From positions 407 to 64,406 of the forward strand of contig CANIVT010000001.1 of NCBI GenBank assembly GCA_947471565.1: DNA of 64,000 nucleotides, read 5' to 3'. The position numbers and the translations under genes were made by a program. Below the pieces are notes generated by a model. The model did no database searches and was not told the DNA's origin. It worked only from the letters and a program-made list of their open reading frames with translations. Of the stretch, positions 9,281 to 21,640 are shown one piece after another (position 1 is the first letter of the stretch; the number at the start of each line of letters is the position of its first letter). This DNA comes from Spartobacteria bacterium (GTDB lineage: Bacteria; Verrucomicrobiota; Verrucomicrobiia; Chthoniobacterales; UBA6821).

Positions 9281-10780
9281 CTAAACTTCAGCAGGGAGGC
9301 GTATTTCCGCGACCACGGAGTGATTCGGGCTCTCCCGGAGGGTGAAAGCGGCTCGATCTCCGTATAGGGCCGATAACTCTTCCCTAATGGAGTGAAGTCC
9401 GAGACCCGATTCGTGTCCGAGATCAAGGCGACCGGTATTTTCGACACTCAGCAGCAGGGAACTTCCCTCCAGGGCGGAGCGGATTCGCATCGGTGTGGAT
9501 TCGGTGGAACTTTCGACGCCATGCTTGATGGCATTCTCAACGAGTTGGTGGAAAAGCATCGGGGGAATCAGGCAATCAAGGGATGAATGATCCTCATCGA
9601 TCGAGCAGTCCAAGCGCTGCTCGTGCCGGATTCTCTGCAGGTCGAGATAGGAGCGGATCATGGTGAGTTCCTCCCGCAGGGTAACCCGTTCTTTCTTGGT
9701 CAATCTCAACGAGGTTCTTAGAAGATCCGAGAGAGAAATCACGGCCATCCGTGCCTTGGCGGGATCTTCTGGGATGAGGGATTTGATGGCGTTGAGGCTG
9801 TTAAAGAGAAAGTGGGGGTTGAGGTTTGCGCGGATACCGCGCAGTTCCGCCTCCTTCCGCACCGAGGAGAGCTTGTGTTCCACCGCCGCGGCGGAACTTT
9901 CCCTTCCCTCCTCGACTGCCACCATAAGGATGAGGCACGAGATGGCGTAGACGGTGATGAATATCGTCATCTCCGCATAGGTGGCCATGGGATCAGCCCG
10001 CAGCAGCGGTCCGTGACCAGTCGCGGTGAAGGCCGTCATCAGGACCGTGACCAGTGCCAGCGCCAGGGTGACATCCCGGCGCCACTTGAAGGAAAGCCAG
10101 ACCAGCAGGGGAAAGGAGAGGTAGGCCAGCGGGATCAAGCCGGTGTGGGCCGTGTCTTTGAGCCCGAATCCCACCACCACGACGACGATCAGGATCACGG
10201 TCCAGAGATGGTCCCCTGCGGAGGCCCCGAGCAGGTTTCCCTGCTTCCATCGCTGGGAAAGCCGGAGAAACAGGGGCGTGAAGACAAGGATTCCCAGAAC
10301 ATTGCCCGTCCAGAACAGGAGCGAGGATAGCGGGATTCCTGTGGGTTTCACGGAGCCGGCCGCCACCAATCCGAGCGTGCAGAGGATGGCACTGAGCATG
10401 GTCCCCCAGGGTGCTCCGGCCAGCATCAGGACGAGCAGATCGCGCACCCGGGTCATTGAATTGGAAAATCCAAAGATCTGGACCATCAGAAACCATCCGA
10501 GAAGGGACTCCAGCGTGTTGGCCAGAGATCCTGCGAGGGAAAAGATCATGTTGTCGCCGAATGACTGGGTCGCGGCGATCGTGCCCAGTGAGATTGACGG
10601 GAATAGCCTCCATCCCCCCAGCAGGAGAAGTGCCAGAGCCAACCCGCTCGAGGGCCAGAGGGGGGCGGCGAGGGTGCCGGCAACCTTGTAGAACTCCTGA
10701 CCGATCATACAGAGGGTATAGATGCCGAGTGCCCCTAGAAGGCATTCCCGGGCATTGCGAAGGGAAAAGAAGGGGATCAT
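9281..10780 (-). CDS. MASE1-domain LytS-type sensor histidine kinase (alternative in-frame start at 10852)
   Basis: PLWPSSGLALA (MASE1), many TMs, NPHFLFNSLN, LVENAIKHG, GLGL. Confidence 0.9.
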   Translation of the reverse strand: MIPFFSLRNARECLLGALGIYTLCMIGQEFYKVAGTLAAPLWPSSGLALALLLLGGWRLFPSISLGTIAATQSFGDNMIFSLAGSLANTLESLLGWFLMVQIFGFSNSMTRVRDLLVLMLAGAPWGTMLSAILCTLGLVAAGSVKPTGIPLSSLLFWTGNVLGILVFTPLFLRLSQRWKQGNLLGASAGDHLWTVILIVVVVVGFGLKDTAHTGLIPLAYLSFPLLVWLSFKWRRDVTLALALVTVLMTAFTATGHGPLLRADPMATYAEMTIFITVYAISCLILMVAVEEGRESSAAAVEHKLSSVRKEAELRGIRANLNPHFLFNSLNAIKSLIPEDPAKARMAVISLSDLLRTSLRLTKKERVTLREELTMIRSYLDLQRIRHEQRLDCSIDEDHSSLDCLIPPMLFHQLVENAIKHGVESSTESTPMRIRSALEGSSLLLSVENTGRLDLGHESGLGLHSIREELSALYGDRAAFTLRESPNHSVVAEIRLPAEV

Positions 10781-10790
10781 ATCACCCACA

Positions 10791-10823
<33 letters not shown>

Positions 10824-10904
10824 CGTTCCCTTGCGACGTTTATTTCACTCATGAAGCGCGGGCGACCATTATGGTGGCGCGCGCCGCGTTCCATCGGGAG
10901 GCGT

Positions 10905-11516
10905 TTATTTGACCGCGAGATAGGGGATCGCAGCGACGCGTGTTTTCACGTCGTCGAGGCCGTCGACGAGATCGGCAATCGAGTCCCAGCGGCCCTCAAG
11001 CAAAGGCTTGCGAGCCTGTTCGGGAATGACGATGACCGCCTTGAAGTCAACGTCGTCCACGGTGACCTTGTTCTCGGTCAGGTCGACCGTCACGAGGACG
11101 CCGGGGGTCTTCTCAACCAGGGCGGAGAGGTCGGCGATGTCCTGCTTGGACATCTTGACGCAGGGGATGCCAAGGGTCGTGGAGTTGCCGAAAAAGATCT
11201 CGGCGAAGCTCTCCGCGATGATGGCTCGGAATCCGTAGCGGTAGAGGGCCTGAGGGGCATGCTCACGGGAACTGCCGCATCCGAAGTTGGATCCCGAGAT
11301 GAGGATCGAGGCTCCGTTGAAGCGCTCGTCGTCCAAGGGATGAAGGCGGCCTGCTGCCTTTTCTGCAGCCTTGGCATCGGAAAAGGCAAATTCTCCGAGT
11401 CCGTCAAAAGTCACGCACTTCATGAAACGGGCAGGAATAATGCGGTCGGTGTCGATGTCATCGCCGGGGACTGGAACAGCGCGACCGGTGACCTGGGTGA
11501 TTTTTTCGAGGGACAT
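10905..11516 (-). CDS. leuD: 3-isopropylmalate dehydratase small subunit
   Basis: DIDTDRIIPARF, NFGCGSSREHAP, SFAEIF. Confidence 0.97.
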   Translation of the reverse strand: MSLEKITQVTGRAVPVPGDDIDTDRIIPARFMKCVTFDGLGEFAFSDAKAAEKAAGRLHPLDDERFNGASILISGSNFGCGSSREHAPQALYRYGFRAIIAESFAEIFFGNSTTLGIPCVKMSKQDIADLSALVEKTPGVLVTVDLTENKVTVDDVDFKAVIVIPEQARKPLLEGRWDSIADLVDGLDDVKTRVAAIPYLAVK

Positions 11517-11526
11517 GGGAAGGGAA

Positions 11527-11621
11527 GATGAAAAGTTAGAAGGTTAAAAAGTAAATAGGTGAAAGCAGGTTGTTTTGAGGAGATTCGTTTTAACGGTTCA
11601 ACTCTTTTAACGATTTTAACC
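11527..11621. repeat. Octamer-period (GTTAAAAA-type) inverted-repeat element between leuC and leuD
   Basis: Left arm gatgaaaa-gttagaag-gttaaaaa-gtaaatag-gtgaaa; right arm ttttaac-ggttcaac-tcttttaac-gattttaac. Confidence 0.7.
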
Positions 11622-11627
11622 TTGGCA

Positions 11628-13037
11628 TCAGCCGATTCCGAAAACCTTGCGGGCGTCGCTGATCTTTCCTGTGAGGGCCGCTGCGGCGACCATGAGGGGA
11701 CTCATGAGCATCGTGCGTCCGGTGGGGCTACCCTGACGGCCCTTGAAGTTGCGGTTACTGGAGCTGGCACAGAGTTGGTCCCCGACGAGCTTGTCGGGAT
11801 TCATCCCAAGGCACATGGAACACCCGGCACCGCGCCACTCGAATCCCGCCTCACGAAAGATCTCGGCAAGACCCATTTTCTCCGCCACTGAGGCCACTCC
11901 CTGGGATCCCGGGACGACGATCGCCTTGACGCCGGCAGCGACCTTGCGGCCCTTGATATGCTTCGCCACCTCCTGAAGATCGGAAAGGCGCCCGTTGGTG
12001 CAGCTTCCGAGGAAGGTCACGTCGACCTTGATTCCCTCGACCGGGGTGCCCGAGGGGAGCTTCATATGCTCGATCGCCTCGGCGGCGGTGTCGCGGTCCT
12101 TCTCGGGAAGGTCCTTGGGATCTGGGATTGCCTCGTCGATGAAGACGGCCTGCCCCGGGGTGATTCCCCAGGTGACGGTGGGCAGAATCTCCCCGGCCTT
12201 GAAGTTCACGACGTCGTCATAGACAGCATCCTTGTCGGAGGCGACCGACTTCCAGCGTGCAACGGCGGCGTCCCACTCCCCTCCCGTGGGGGAATAGGGA
12301 CGGCCTCGCAGATATTCGAAGGTGGTCTCGTCAGGGTTCACATAGCCGACACGGGCGCCGCCCTCGATCGACATGTTGCACACGGTCATGCGTTCTTCCT
12401 GCGTGAAGGCGTCGAAGGTAGAACCTCCGAACTCGTAGGCGAAGCCGATGCCGCCGTTGACCCCCAGCTTGCGGATGATGTGCAGGATCACGTCCTTGGC
12501 GTAGACACCGGGGGCGAGCTTGCCGTCGACATTGATGCGTCGGACCTTGGGCTTGGCAATCGCCATGGTCTGTGTGGCGAGGACGTCACGCACCTGGCTG
12601 GTTCCGATGCCGAAAGCGATCGCGCCGAAGGCGCCGTGGGTCGAGGTGTGGGAGTCGCCGCAGGCAATCGTGGTGCCGGGTTGGGTGATTCCCTGTTCAG
12701 GGCCGACGATATGAACGATGCCCTGCTTGCCGGTCGGGAGATCGAAGAAAGTCACCCCTGTCTCGGCGCAGTTCTTGCGCAGTTCCTTGACCATTGCGTC
12801 GGCAAGGGGGTCGGAGAAGGGTTCCTGGGACTGGTCGGTCGGGACGATGTGGTCGACCGTCGCGAAGGTGCGGTGAGGGTAGAGTACCTTCAGGCCGAGA
12901 TCGCGCACCATGCCGAAAGCCTGCGGGCTAGTCACCTCGTGGATGAGGTGGGTGCCTATCAGAAGCTGGGTCCGTCCATCAGGGAGAGTGCGAACGGTGT
13001 GTTCCTCCCAGACCTTATCAAGAAGCGTTTTGCCCAT
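11628..13037 (-). CDS. leuC: 3-isopropylmalate dehydratase large subunit
   Basis: [46 protein letters not shown]. Confidence 0.98.
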   Translation of the reverse strand: MGKTLLDKVWEEHTVRTLPDGRTQLLIGTHLIHEVTSPQAFGMVRDLGLKVLYPHRTFATVDHIVPTDQSQEPFSDPLADAMVKELRKNCAETGVTFFDLPTGKQGIVHIVGPEQGITQPGTTIACGDSHTSTHGAFGAIAFGIGTSQVRDVLATQTMAIAKPKVRRINVDGKLAPGVYAKDVILHIIRKLGVNGGIGFAYEFGGSTFDAFTQEERMTVCNMSIEGGARVGYVNPDETTFEYLRGRPYSPTGGEWDAAVARWKSVASDKDAVYDDVVNFKAGEILPTVTWGITPGQAVFIDEAIPDPKDLPEKDRDTAAEAIEHMKLPSGTPVEGIKVDVTFLGSCTNGRLSDLQEVAKHIKGRKVAAGVKAIVVPGSQGVASVAEKMGLAEIFREAGFEWRGAGCSMCLGMNPDKLVGDQLCASSSNRNFKGRQGSPTGRTMLMSPLMVAAAALTGKISDARKVFGIG

Positions 13038-13053
13038 AGTCAGTCCAATCTAG

Positions 13054-15695
<2,642 letters not shown>

Positions 15696-15701
15696 AGGCA
15701 G

Positions 15702-15890
15702 AAGGCTCGCGACATCGGCGGATAGCTGTGTTGGCCCGCGGTCGCCGTAGGATAACTACGGCTTGAACGGCACTTTGCTCCCGCAAAGCTGTACCGTCCT
15801 CCGGACTTGCCTACGGCAATTTCTCCGCGCCTCTTCCCGGAGGCTTGGTTCCCTTGGCCGCCTTGCTCTCCATCCGATCTTACGACCCTT
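15702..15890 (+). repeat. Structured ~100-nt repeat, copy A (with ~85-nt internal insertion)
   Basis: AAGGCTCGCGA..GGCGGATAGC..GTTGG..GCCGTAG-gataa-CTACGGC..CGCCTTGCTCTCCATCC..CGACCCTT; aligns by eye with 38865 and 57291-57498. Confidence 0.7.
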
Positions 15891-15969
15891 GAGTCTAATT
15901 CAGGATCGCTTTTGGAGGCTGCCTGGGGCGAGTTGATCGAAGCCTCGTCTCGGGCTTGGGCAAGCAAGC

Positions 15970-16728
15970 CTACTTGAACAATCCCTTAAGGAAGTTCCCA
16001 AGTTGCTGATTGCCGTTCTGCTGAAGTTGGATCAGGCCCTGTTTGGTAGCGGCCTTGATGCCCTCGTCGATGGCGGCATTGATCAAAGGGGTGAAGATTT
16101 GCTCTGAGATTTGTGAAGCTGAGAGTCCCTTGCCGTCGGATCCGAGGTTCTGGAGTTGGATTTCGGGAAGGGTCAGTGCCTGATTGACGCTTTGGCCAAA
16201 GGCTCCGAGTACCACGTCGACCTTTGCTCCCGAGATAACGACACTCTTCACAATGAACTTTTTGGAATCCGAGTTTTTCCCTGATGGGGACGCTGATGGC
16301 GAGGGGATTGCTGATTTTTCCTTGGAGGCGCCGTACGACTTGATGTTGCGCATGATCTCCTGAAGGTTGGTTCCTCCAGGGGTGCCGATGAGCGCGAGTT
16401 GGGGATCCCGGATCACGATGGAATTCACGACAATCGGATCCTTGAGAAGGGTTTCCTTGTCAACGCTCAAGGAGATGCTGCCTAACCGTAGCGCATAGGG
16501 GGCGCTGTATCCCTTGGGATTGCCCACCACAAAGCCGCTGAGTTTGCCGCTGCCGCTTAGAGGCGAGAGATTGGCCGAAGCGAGCGTCACATCGGTCCTG
16601 GTGATTGCCGGGCCCACGGTCTCGACGGCCTTCTTCACCAGCGTATTGAGCGAGAGATAGAGGTAGGCGACTCCCCCGATAAGGAGAAGCAGGATCAGGG
16701 CCACGGCACCGAGCAGGAATTTTTTCAT
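15970..16728 (-). CDS. AsmA/DUF748-like membrane-anchored protein
   Basis: N-terminal TM anchor, SPLSGSGKLSGFVVGNPKGY, TNLQEI, LPEIQLQNLG; beta-rich. Confidence 0.6.
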   Translation of the reverse strand: MKKFLLGAVALILLLLIGGVAYLYLSLNTLVKKAVETVGPAITRTDVTLASANLSPLSGSGKLSGFVVGNPKGYSAPYALRLGSISLSVDKETLLKDPIVVNSIVIRDPQLALIGTPGGTNLQEIMRNIKSYGASKEKSAIPSPSASPSGKNSDSKKFIVKSVVISGAKVDVVLGAFGQSVNQALTLPEIQLQNLGSDGKGLSASQISEQIFTPLINAAIDEGIKAATKQGLIQLQQNGNQQLGNFLKGLFK

Positions 16729-16860
16729 GAAGTGTGGGAGCAGTTTCTCCTTGTTCTAGAGAACAAGGGGGTCTGTGCCAGCATAAAACAACCAGTGATA
16801 GGAGAGAGCAGGAAGAAGGATCCCTATTTTCATCTCGGGATAGCGCTGTTAGATTCAGGC

Positions 16861-17826
16861 ATGAGCCAACTCCGGACCCGCCGGGAATTTGTCAGGACTC
16901 TCTTTGCGTCCACTGCTGGAACGGCGCTTTCCGGGCCTCTTCTCACGAGGGTTCTTGCATCGGGCTCCGCCTCTGCAGAGGGATCACTTCCTTTCCTGAT
17001 TTTCGGTGACTGGGGGAGAAGGGGACAGCGCGATCAACTCAATGTGGCCGCTCAGATGGGAGTGGCTGCGACCGCGCTCCAAGTTCCATTTGTGGTGTCG
17101 CTCGGGGATAATTTCTACGACTACGGGATTACGTCCATGGATGATCCGCAGTGGAAGGAGTCCTTTGAGAATGTCTACACCGCACCTTCGCTCCAGGTGC
17201 CATGGAATTTGATTCTCGGTAACCATGACTACTGTGGCAACTGCCAGGCGCAGATCGACTACTCGGCTCGAAGTCCGCGGTGGAGGATGCCTTCCCGCTA
17301 TTACTCACGCAAAGAGAGCATTCCCGGCGGTAAAAGCATCCTGATGGTCTATACGGATACTTCTCCCTTCGTCATATCTTATGCCAAGAACGAGTTGATG
17401 GGGCCTAATGTCCGCTCCCAGGACACCGCTGCGCAGCTGGAGTGGATCGACCGGACGCTCTCGGAGTCGAAGGCTGACTGGAAGATCGTCCTGGGTCATC
17501 ACCCCATCTATTCGGGAGGTGAGCATGGCGATACGCCCGAGCTGATCGAGCGTCTTCTTCCGTTGCTGAAACGCCACGGTGTGCATGTCTATCTGAACGG
17601 CCACGACCATGATCTCCAGCATCAGGAAGCGGGAGGGATTCATTTTTTCTGCGTGGGTGCGGGTTCCACCGTCCGTCCGATCAGGTCGGATAAACGCTCC
17701 TTGTTCGCCAAATCAACCCCCGGATTTGCTGCGGTTTCAGTCGGGCCGGAAGCGATGGAGGTCAGGTTGACCTCGGCTTCGGGAGAGGTGCTTCATTCCG
17801 CCTCAATCCCGCGATCCGGCGCCTGA
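16861..17826 (+). CDS. Tat-exported purple acid phosphatase (tartrate-resistant type 5 family)
   Basis: TRREFV twin-arginine signal; GDWG, GDNFY, GNHD, GHHP, GHDH. Confidence 0.9.
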   Translation: MSQLRTRREFVRTLFASTAGTALSGPLLTRVLASGSASAEGSLPFLIFGDWGRRGQRDQLNVAAQMGVAATALQVPFVVSLGDNFYDYGITSMDDPQWKESFENVYTAPSLQVPWNLILGNHDYCGNCQAQIDYSARSPRWRMPSRYYSRKESIPGGKSILMVYTDTSPFVISYAKNELMGPNVRSQDTAAQLEWIDRTLSESKADWKIVLGHHPIYSGGEHGDTPELIERLLPLLKRHGVHVYLNGHDHDLQHQEAGGIHFFCVGAGSTVRPIRSDKRSLFAKSTPGFAAVSVGPEAMEVRLTSASGEVLHSASIPRSGA

Positions 17827-17866
17827 GTCACCGAGGAGTTCCTGCTTTTGGTCGCAGGAAAGCGGT

Positions 17867-18520
17867 CTATTTGTTAAGAAAACGATGCGGCCTGTCGGCG
17901 CTCGGGCAGAGGATGCGTAGTTCGCAGGCTTCGCAATCGGGGTTCCTAGCCTTGCATCGTCGTCGTCCGTGCCAGATCAGCCAGTGGGAGAAGAGGGTCC
18001 ATTGATCCCGTGGAATGAGCTTCATGAGATCCTGCTCCACCTTCACGGGATCGCTGTGGGTCGTGAGGCCGAGGCGCAGGCAAAGGCGTCCCACGTGGGT
18101 ATCGACGACGACGCCCTCGTTGATGTCGAAGGCATTGCCAAGGACGACGTTGGCGGTCTTGCGTCCGGCTCCGGGAATTGCGGAGAGTTCCTCCATGGAG
18201 GAGGGGACTTTGCCTCCGTGGCGTTCCACGAGCGCCGCGCCCATACCGCGGAGTGACTTGGCTTTATTCCGATAGAATCCGGTGGAGCGGATGATTTCCT
18301 CGAGTTCCTCTTTTGGGATCCCTGCGTAGTCGGCGGCGGTCTTGCAGCGCTTGAAGAGCACCTTCGTCACCATGTTCACCCGGACATCCGTGCACTGCGC
18401 GGAGAGGATCGTGGCGACGAGGAGTTCCAGCGGATTCTTGAAGTCGAGTTCGCAGTGGGCGTCCGGATAGATCCGGGGGAGTTCCTGCGAAAGCCGTTCG
18501 GCGCGTTCTTTTTTGGTCAT
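17867..18520 (-). CDS. nth: Endonuclease III
   Basis: ILSAQCTD, HhH PGAGRKTANV, VDTHV, C-x6-C-x2-C-x5-C. Confidence 0.96.
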   Translation of the reverse strand: MTKKERAERLSQELPRIYPDAHCELDFKNPLELLVATILSAQCTDVRVNMVTKVLFKRCKTAADYAGIPKEELEEIIRSTGFYRNKAKSLRGMGAALVERHGGKVPSSMEELSAIPGAGRKTANVVLGNAFDINEGVVVDTHVGRLCLRLGLTTHSDPVKVEQDLMKLIPRDQWTLFSHWLIWHGRRRCKARNPDCEACELRILCPSADRPHRFLNK

Positions 18521-18532
18521 GGGATGGAGGGA

Positions 18533-20095
18533 TCACTCTTCCCTGATACGTGTGGGGTCGTACCCCTTGTTCAGGGTGAGGGAAAGGGGACGCGCCACTC
18601 CGGGTAACAACACCTGTCTGGTTTTTCCTGGCTCCCTAAAAAGTTGGTTGAAGTTGCAGCCTGCGCGGGGCCACTCGGCGGTGAGGCCGTCCTTGCCGGT
18701 CCATGCGCCCTCGTTGATCCACGGGAATCGTTTCCTGCCATGGATAGGAAGCCAGAGGGATGATTCAAGTTCCGGCTGATAATAGGAAAGAACGCCAAAG
18801 GTCTGGTAGGTGTCGGCACAGAGGAAGTCGGCACCCGAGGATCGGAATTCGCTTGCGACCCGGTCGGCCACTTCGCGGGGTCCTAGGATTTCGGAGAGTT
18901 TGGCCTGCAGGTCGGCAATGTTGCGAGAGGCTTCCCGGGCCAGGAGTGGCGAACCTGTCCAGCATCCTATCCATCCAAAATCGGGTTGGGTCGATAACCA
19001 GGGAGTCAGCGCGCTTCCGGTGAGAATGAGAAGGCTGATGCCGAGCACGGCCACTCCGTCTGCGATGGCAAGGATCAGCAAGGATGCCCGCCTCCAGTTA
19101 TGGCCAAAGCGCTCCCAATCGCCGGCGACCAGGATCAGGCCACTGACGAAGGCCATCATCGGCCAGTTTGCCTCGATATGGGCTTTCAGCGCGGAGTAGG
19201 CAAAGAAGGCAACCACGGCCCAGAAGAATGCCGAGAGGAATCGAAATCGCTCGTCGGCGAAGTCTACCGCGCTTCGGAAACAAAGCAGTCCTAGGCCCGG
19301 GGAGACCAGCACGACCAGGAACAGCGCATAGTTGGCCAGGAAATCGATGTGGATCCAGACCGCCTGTTCATTGCGGAATCCGTGATGGATCTGATGGGCG
19401 AACGACGCCCAGTGGTGGGCGGCATTCCATTGGATGACAGGAATGAAAAAAATCAGGGCCACGATCCCGGCGACCAATGAGCCGAGGAACACCCGGCCGC
19501 GCTTTCCGGGACTTGTGATCCAGAGCAGGGCAAGTCCTCCGAAGAACAGGATCATCGTGTACTTGCTGAGCAGGCCGACTCCCGTGGCGGCGCCCGAAGC
19601 TGCCCACCAGAGAAGGGAATTTTTCTGAAGCCCCTTCCAGGCGAAGAGCATGGCCAGAGCCCAAGCTGGGGCGAGCCATGTGTCCGGGGTCATCAGGAAG
19701 GCGTTGCCCGCAAAGATCGGAGCCAAGGTGAGAAAAATCCCGGCACGGTTGCCGGCGGCTTGGCCGAATTGCTCCCTGGCAAGGATCCGGCCCGCCAGAG
19801 AGAGGATGATTCCCGAGATGATGGCACCTGAGCGGACGGCCAGTTCCTGATGTCCCAAGAACGAGCGTCCCGCCATGATTGACCAAGCCACCAATGGCGG
19901 ATGGTCAAAGTAGCAGGCTTGCGGGTGGAGGGCCCAGACCCAGTAATAGCACTCATCGAAAATCAGCCCCAAAAAGGCTCCGGCCATGAGCTTCCAAAGT
20001 ACCACGGTCCCAAGGATGCCCCAGAACCAGCGATCCCCATCCACCTCGCCAATCAGCCCTTTTAGGCGGGGTTCAGGGGTGGCAGTGCGCGGCAT
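18533..20095 (-). CDS. ArnT/PMT-family (GT-C) membrane glycosyltransferase
   Basis: DECYYWVW, YFDHPPL, TPD, LSKY, NW motifs and many TMs. Confidence 0.85.
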   Translation of the reverse strand: MPRTATPEPRLKGLIGEVDGDRWFWGILGTVVLWKLMAGAFLGLIFDECYYWVWALHPQACYFDHPPLVAWSIMAGRSFLGHQELAVRSGAIISGIILSLAGRILAREQFGQAAGNRAGIFLTLAPIFAGNAFLMTPDTWLAPAWALAMLFAWKGLQKNSLLWWAASGAATGVGLLSKYTMILFFGGLALLWITSPGKRGRVFLGSLVAGIVALIFFIPVIQWNAAHHWASFAHQIHHGFRNEQAVWIHIDFLANYALFLVVLVSPGLGLLCFRSAVDFADERFRFLSAFFWAVVAFFAYSALKAHIEANWPMMAFVSGLILVAGDWERFGHNWRRASLLILAIADGVAVLGISLLILTGSALTPWLSTQPDFGWIGCWTGSPLLAREASRNIADLQAKLSEILGPREVADRVASEFRSSGADFLCADTYQTFGVLSYYQPELESSLWLPIHGRKRFPWINEGAWTGKDGLTAEWPRAGCNFNQLFREPGKTRQVLLPGVARPLSLTLNKGYDPTRIREE

Positions 20096-20311
20096 GGGTC
20101 AGGAAGATTGGTGAAACGTTTTAGAAAACGAGAGGATGGTGGGGGGCATCTGTTCGGTCAAAGAGATTCCCTGAAGTGGGATCACTGAAACCGAGTCGGT
20201 CAGCAGGTCATTGTTTTGGTTGACCACCCTCTGGTGATCTGTCACTTTTTCAAACCCCCGACACGCTGTCATGGAATCCTCCCGACCGGTGCGTCGGGAC
20301 TATCCATTGCC

Positions 20312-21592
20312 ATGAACTCCGAATTTATCGCCATGCTCGACTACCTCGAGCGTGAAAAAGGTATCAAGCGAGAGACCCTCATCGAGGCCATCTCCTCCGC
20401 CCTCGTAGCCGCCTCCAAGAAAGCGTTTTCCTGCTCCCGCGAGGTCCGCATCGATATCAATCCGAAGAGCGGCCAGATCCGCGCCTTCGCCAAGCCTGTC
20501 GTCGTCGAGACCGTGAGCAATCCGCAGGAAGAGATCACCGTGGCCAAGGCCCGACTCGTCAACAAGGAGGCCAATGTCGGCGACGAGGTTGAGATCGAGG
20601 TGACCCCGCGTGACTTCGGTCGTATCGCCGCCCAGACCGCGCGTCAGGCGATCGCCCAGCGCATCCGTCAGATCGAGAAGGAGATGATCTATGAGGAGTT
20701 CAAGGACCGCGCCGGCGAGATTGTCAGCGGCACCGTACGCCGGTTCGATCGCAGCGACGTGATCCTCGACCTCGGCAAGTTCGAGGGTGTGATGCCCTCC
20801 CGCGAGCGTGTCCAGACCGAGGAGTACAATGTGGGTGACCGCATCCGTGCTTATGTTGTGGCTGTCGAGAACGGCCAGCGTGGCCCCGAGATCATCCTCT
20901 CCCGTAGCCATCCGAACTTCATCCGCCGACTCTTCGAGATCGAGGTGAGTGAGATCGCCGACCGAACCGTCGAACTGCGTTCCATCGCCCGTGAGGCCGG
21001 ATTCCGCACCAAGGTCGCCGTCCATAGTGCCAGCGACAAGGTCGATCCGGTCGGTGCCTGCGTCGGTATGCGCGGGGCCCGCGTGAAAAATATCGTCCGC
21101 GAACTCGGAAACGAGAAGGTCGACATCATCCGCTGGTATGAGGATCCCAAGGAATTTGCCCGCGAGGCCCTCAAGCCCGCCAAGATCCGCTCGATCGAAC
21201 TCGACGAGGCCGCTCACACACTCCACATCGCGGTAGACAAGGAAGACCTTGCTCTGGCCATCGGTAAGCGCGGACAGAATGCCCGCCTCACCGCCCGCCT
21301 TACCGGCTGGGAGATCGACATCAAGGAAGACCGCTCCGCGGCCGATGCCTTCGAGCAGCAGCTCGGTGGCGCGGTCCAGCAGCTTGCTTCCGCCCTGGGC
21401 ATCTCCGAGGAAGAGGCCAAGAATCTCGCCGCCGGGGGAATGAACTCGGTCGACGTGGTCGTCACCGCCGAGGCTTCCGACATCGACGGAATCCTTTCCT
21501 GCGGCCCCGAAAAGGCCGAGTCCATCCTTGCCGCCGCCAAGGCCCATCTCGCTCCCAAGTCATCCGAGCCCCAGGAGCAACCGGCGGCCTGA
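20312..21592 (+). CDS. nusA: Transcription factor NusA
   Basis: FGRIAAQTARQ, AREAGFRTK, DPVGACVGMRG, AIGKRGQN. Confidence 0.98.
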   Translation: MNSEFIAMLDYLEREKGIKRETLIEAISSALVAASKKAFSCSREVRIDINPKSGQIRAFAKPVVVETVSNPQEEITVAKARLVNKEANVGDEVEIEVTPRDFGRIAAQTARQAIAQRIRQIEKEMIYEEFKDRAGEIVSGTVRRFDRSDVILDLGKFEGVMPSRERVQTEEYNVGDRIRAYVVAVENGQRGPEIILSRSHPNFIRRLFEIEVSEIADRTVELRSIAREAGFRTKVAVHSASDKVDPVGACVGMRGARVKNIVRELGNEKVDIIRWYEDPKEFAREALKPAKIRSIELDEAAHTLHIAVDKEDLALAIGKRGQNARLTARLTGWEIDIKEDRSAADAFEQQLGGAVQQLASALGISEEEAKNLAAGGMNSVDVVVTAEASDIDGILSCGPEKAESILAAAKAHLAPKSSEPQEQPAA

Positions 21593-21640
21593 TCCGCCGC
21601 ACCCCGCATGCCGGGGTGAGAGGATCCTTTCCCAACATTC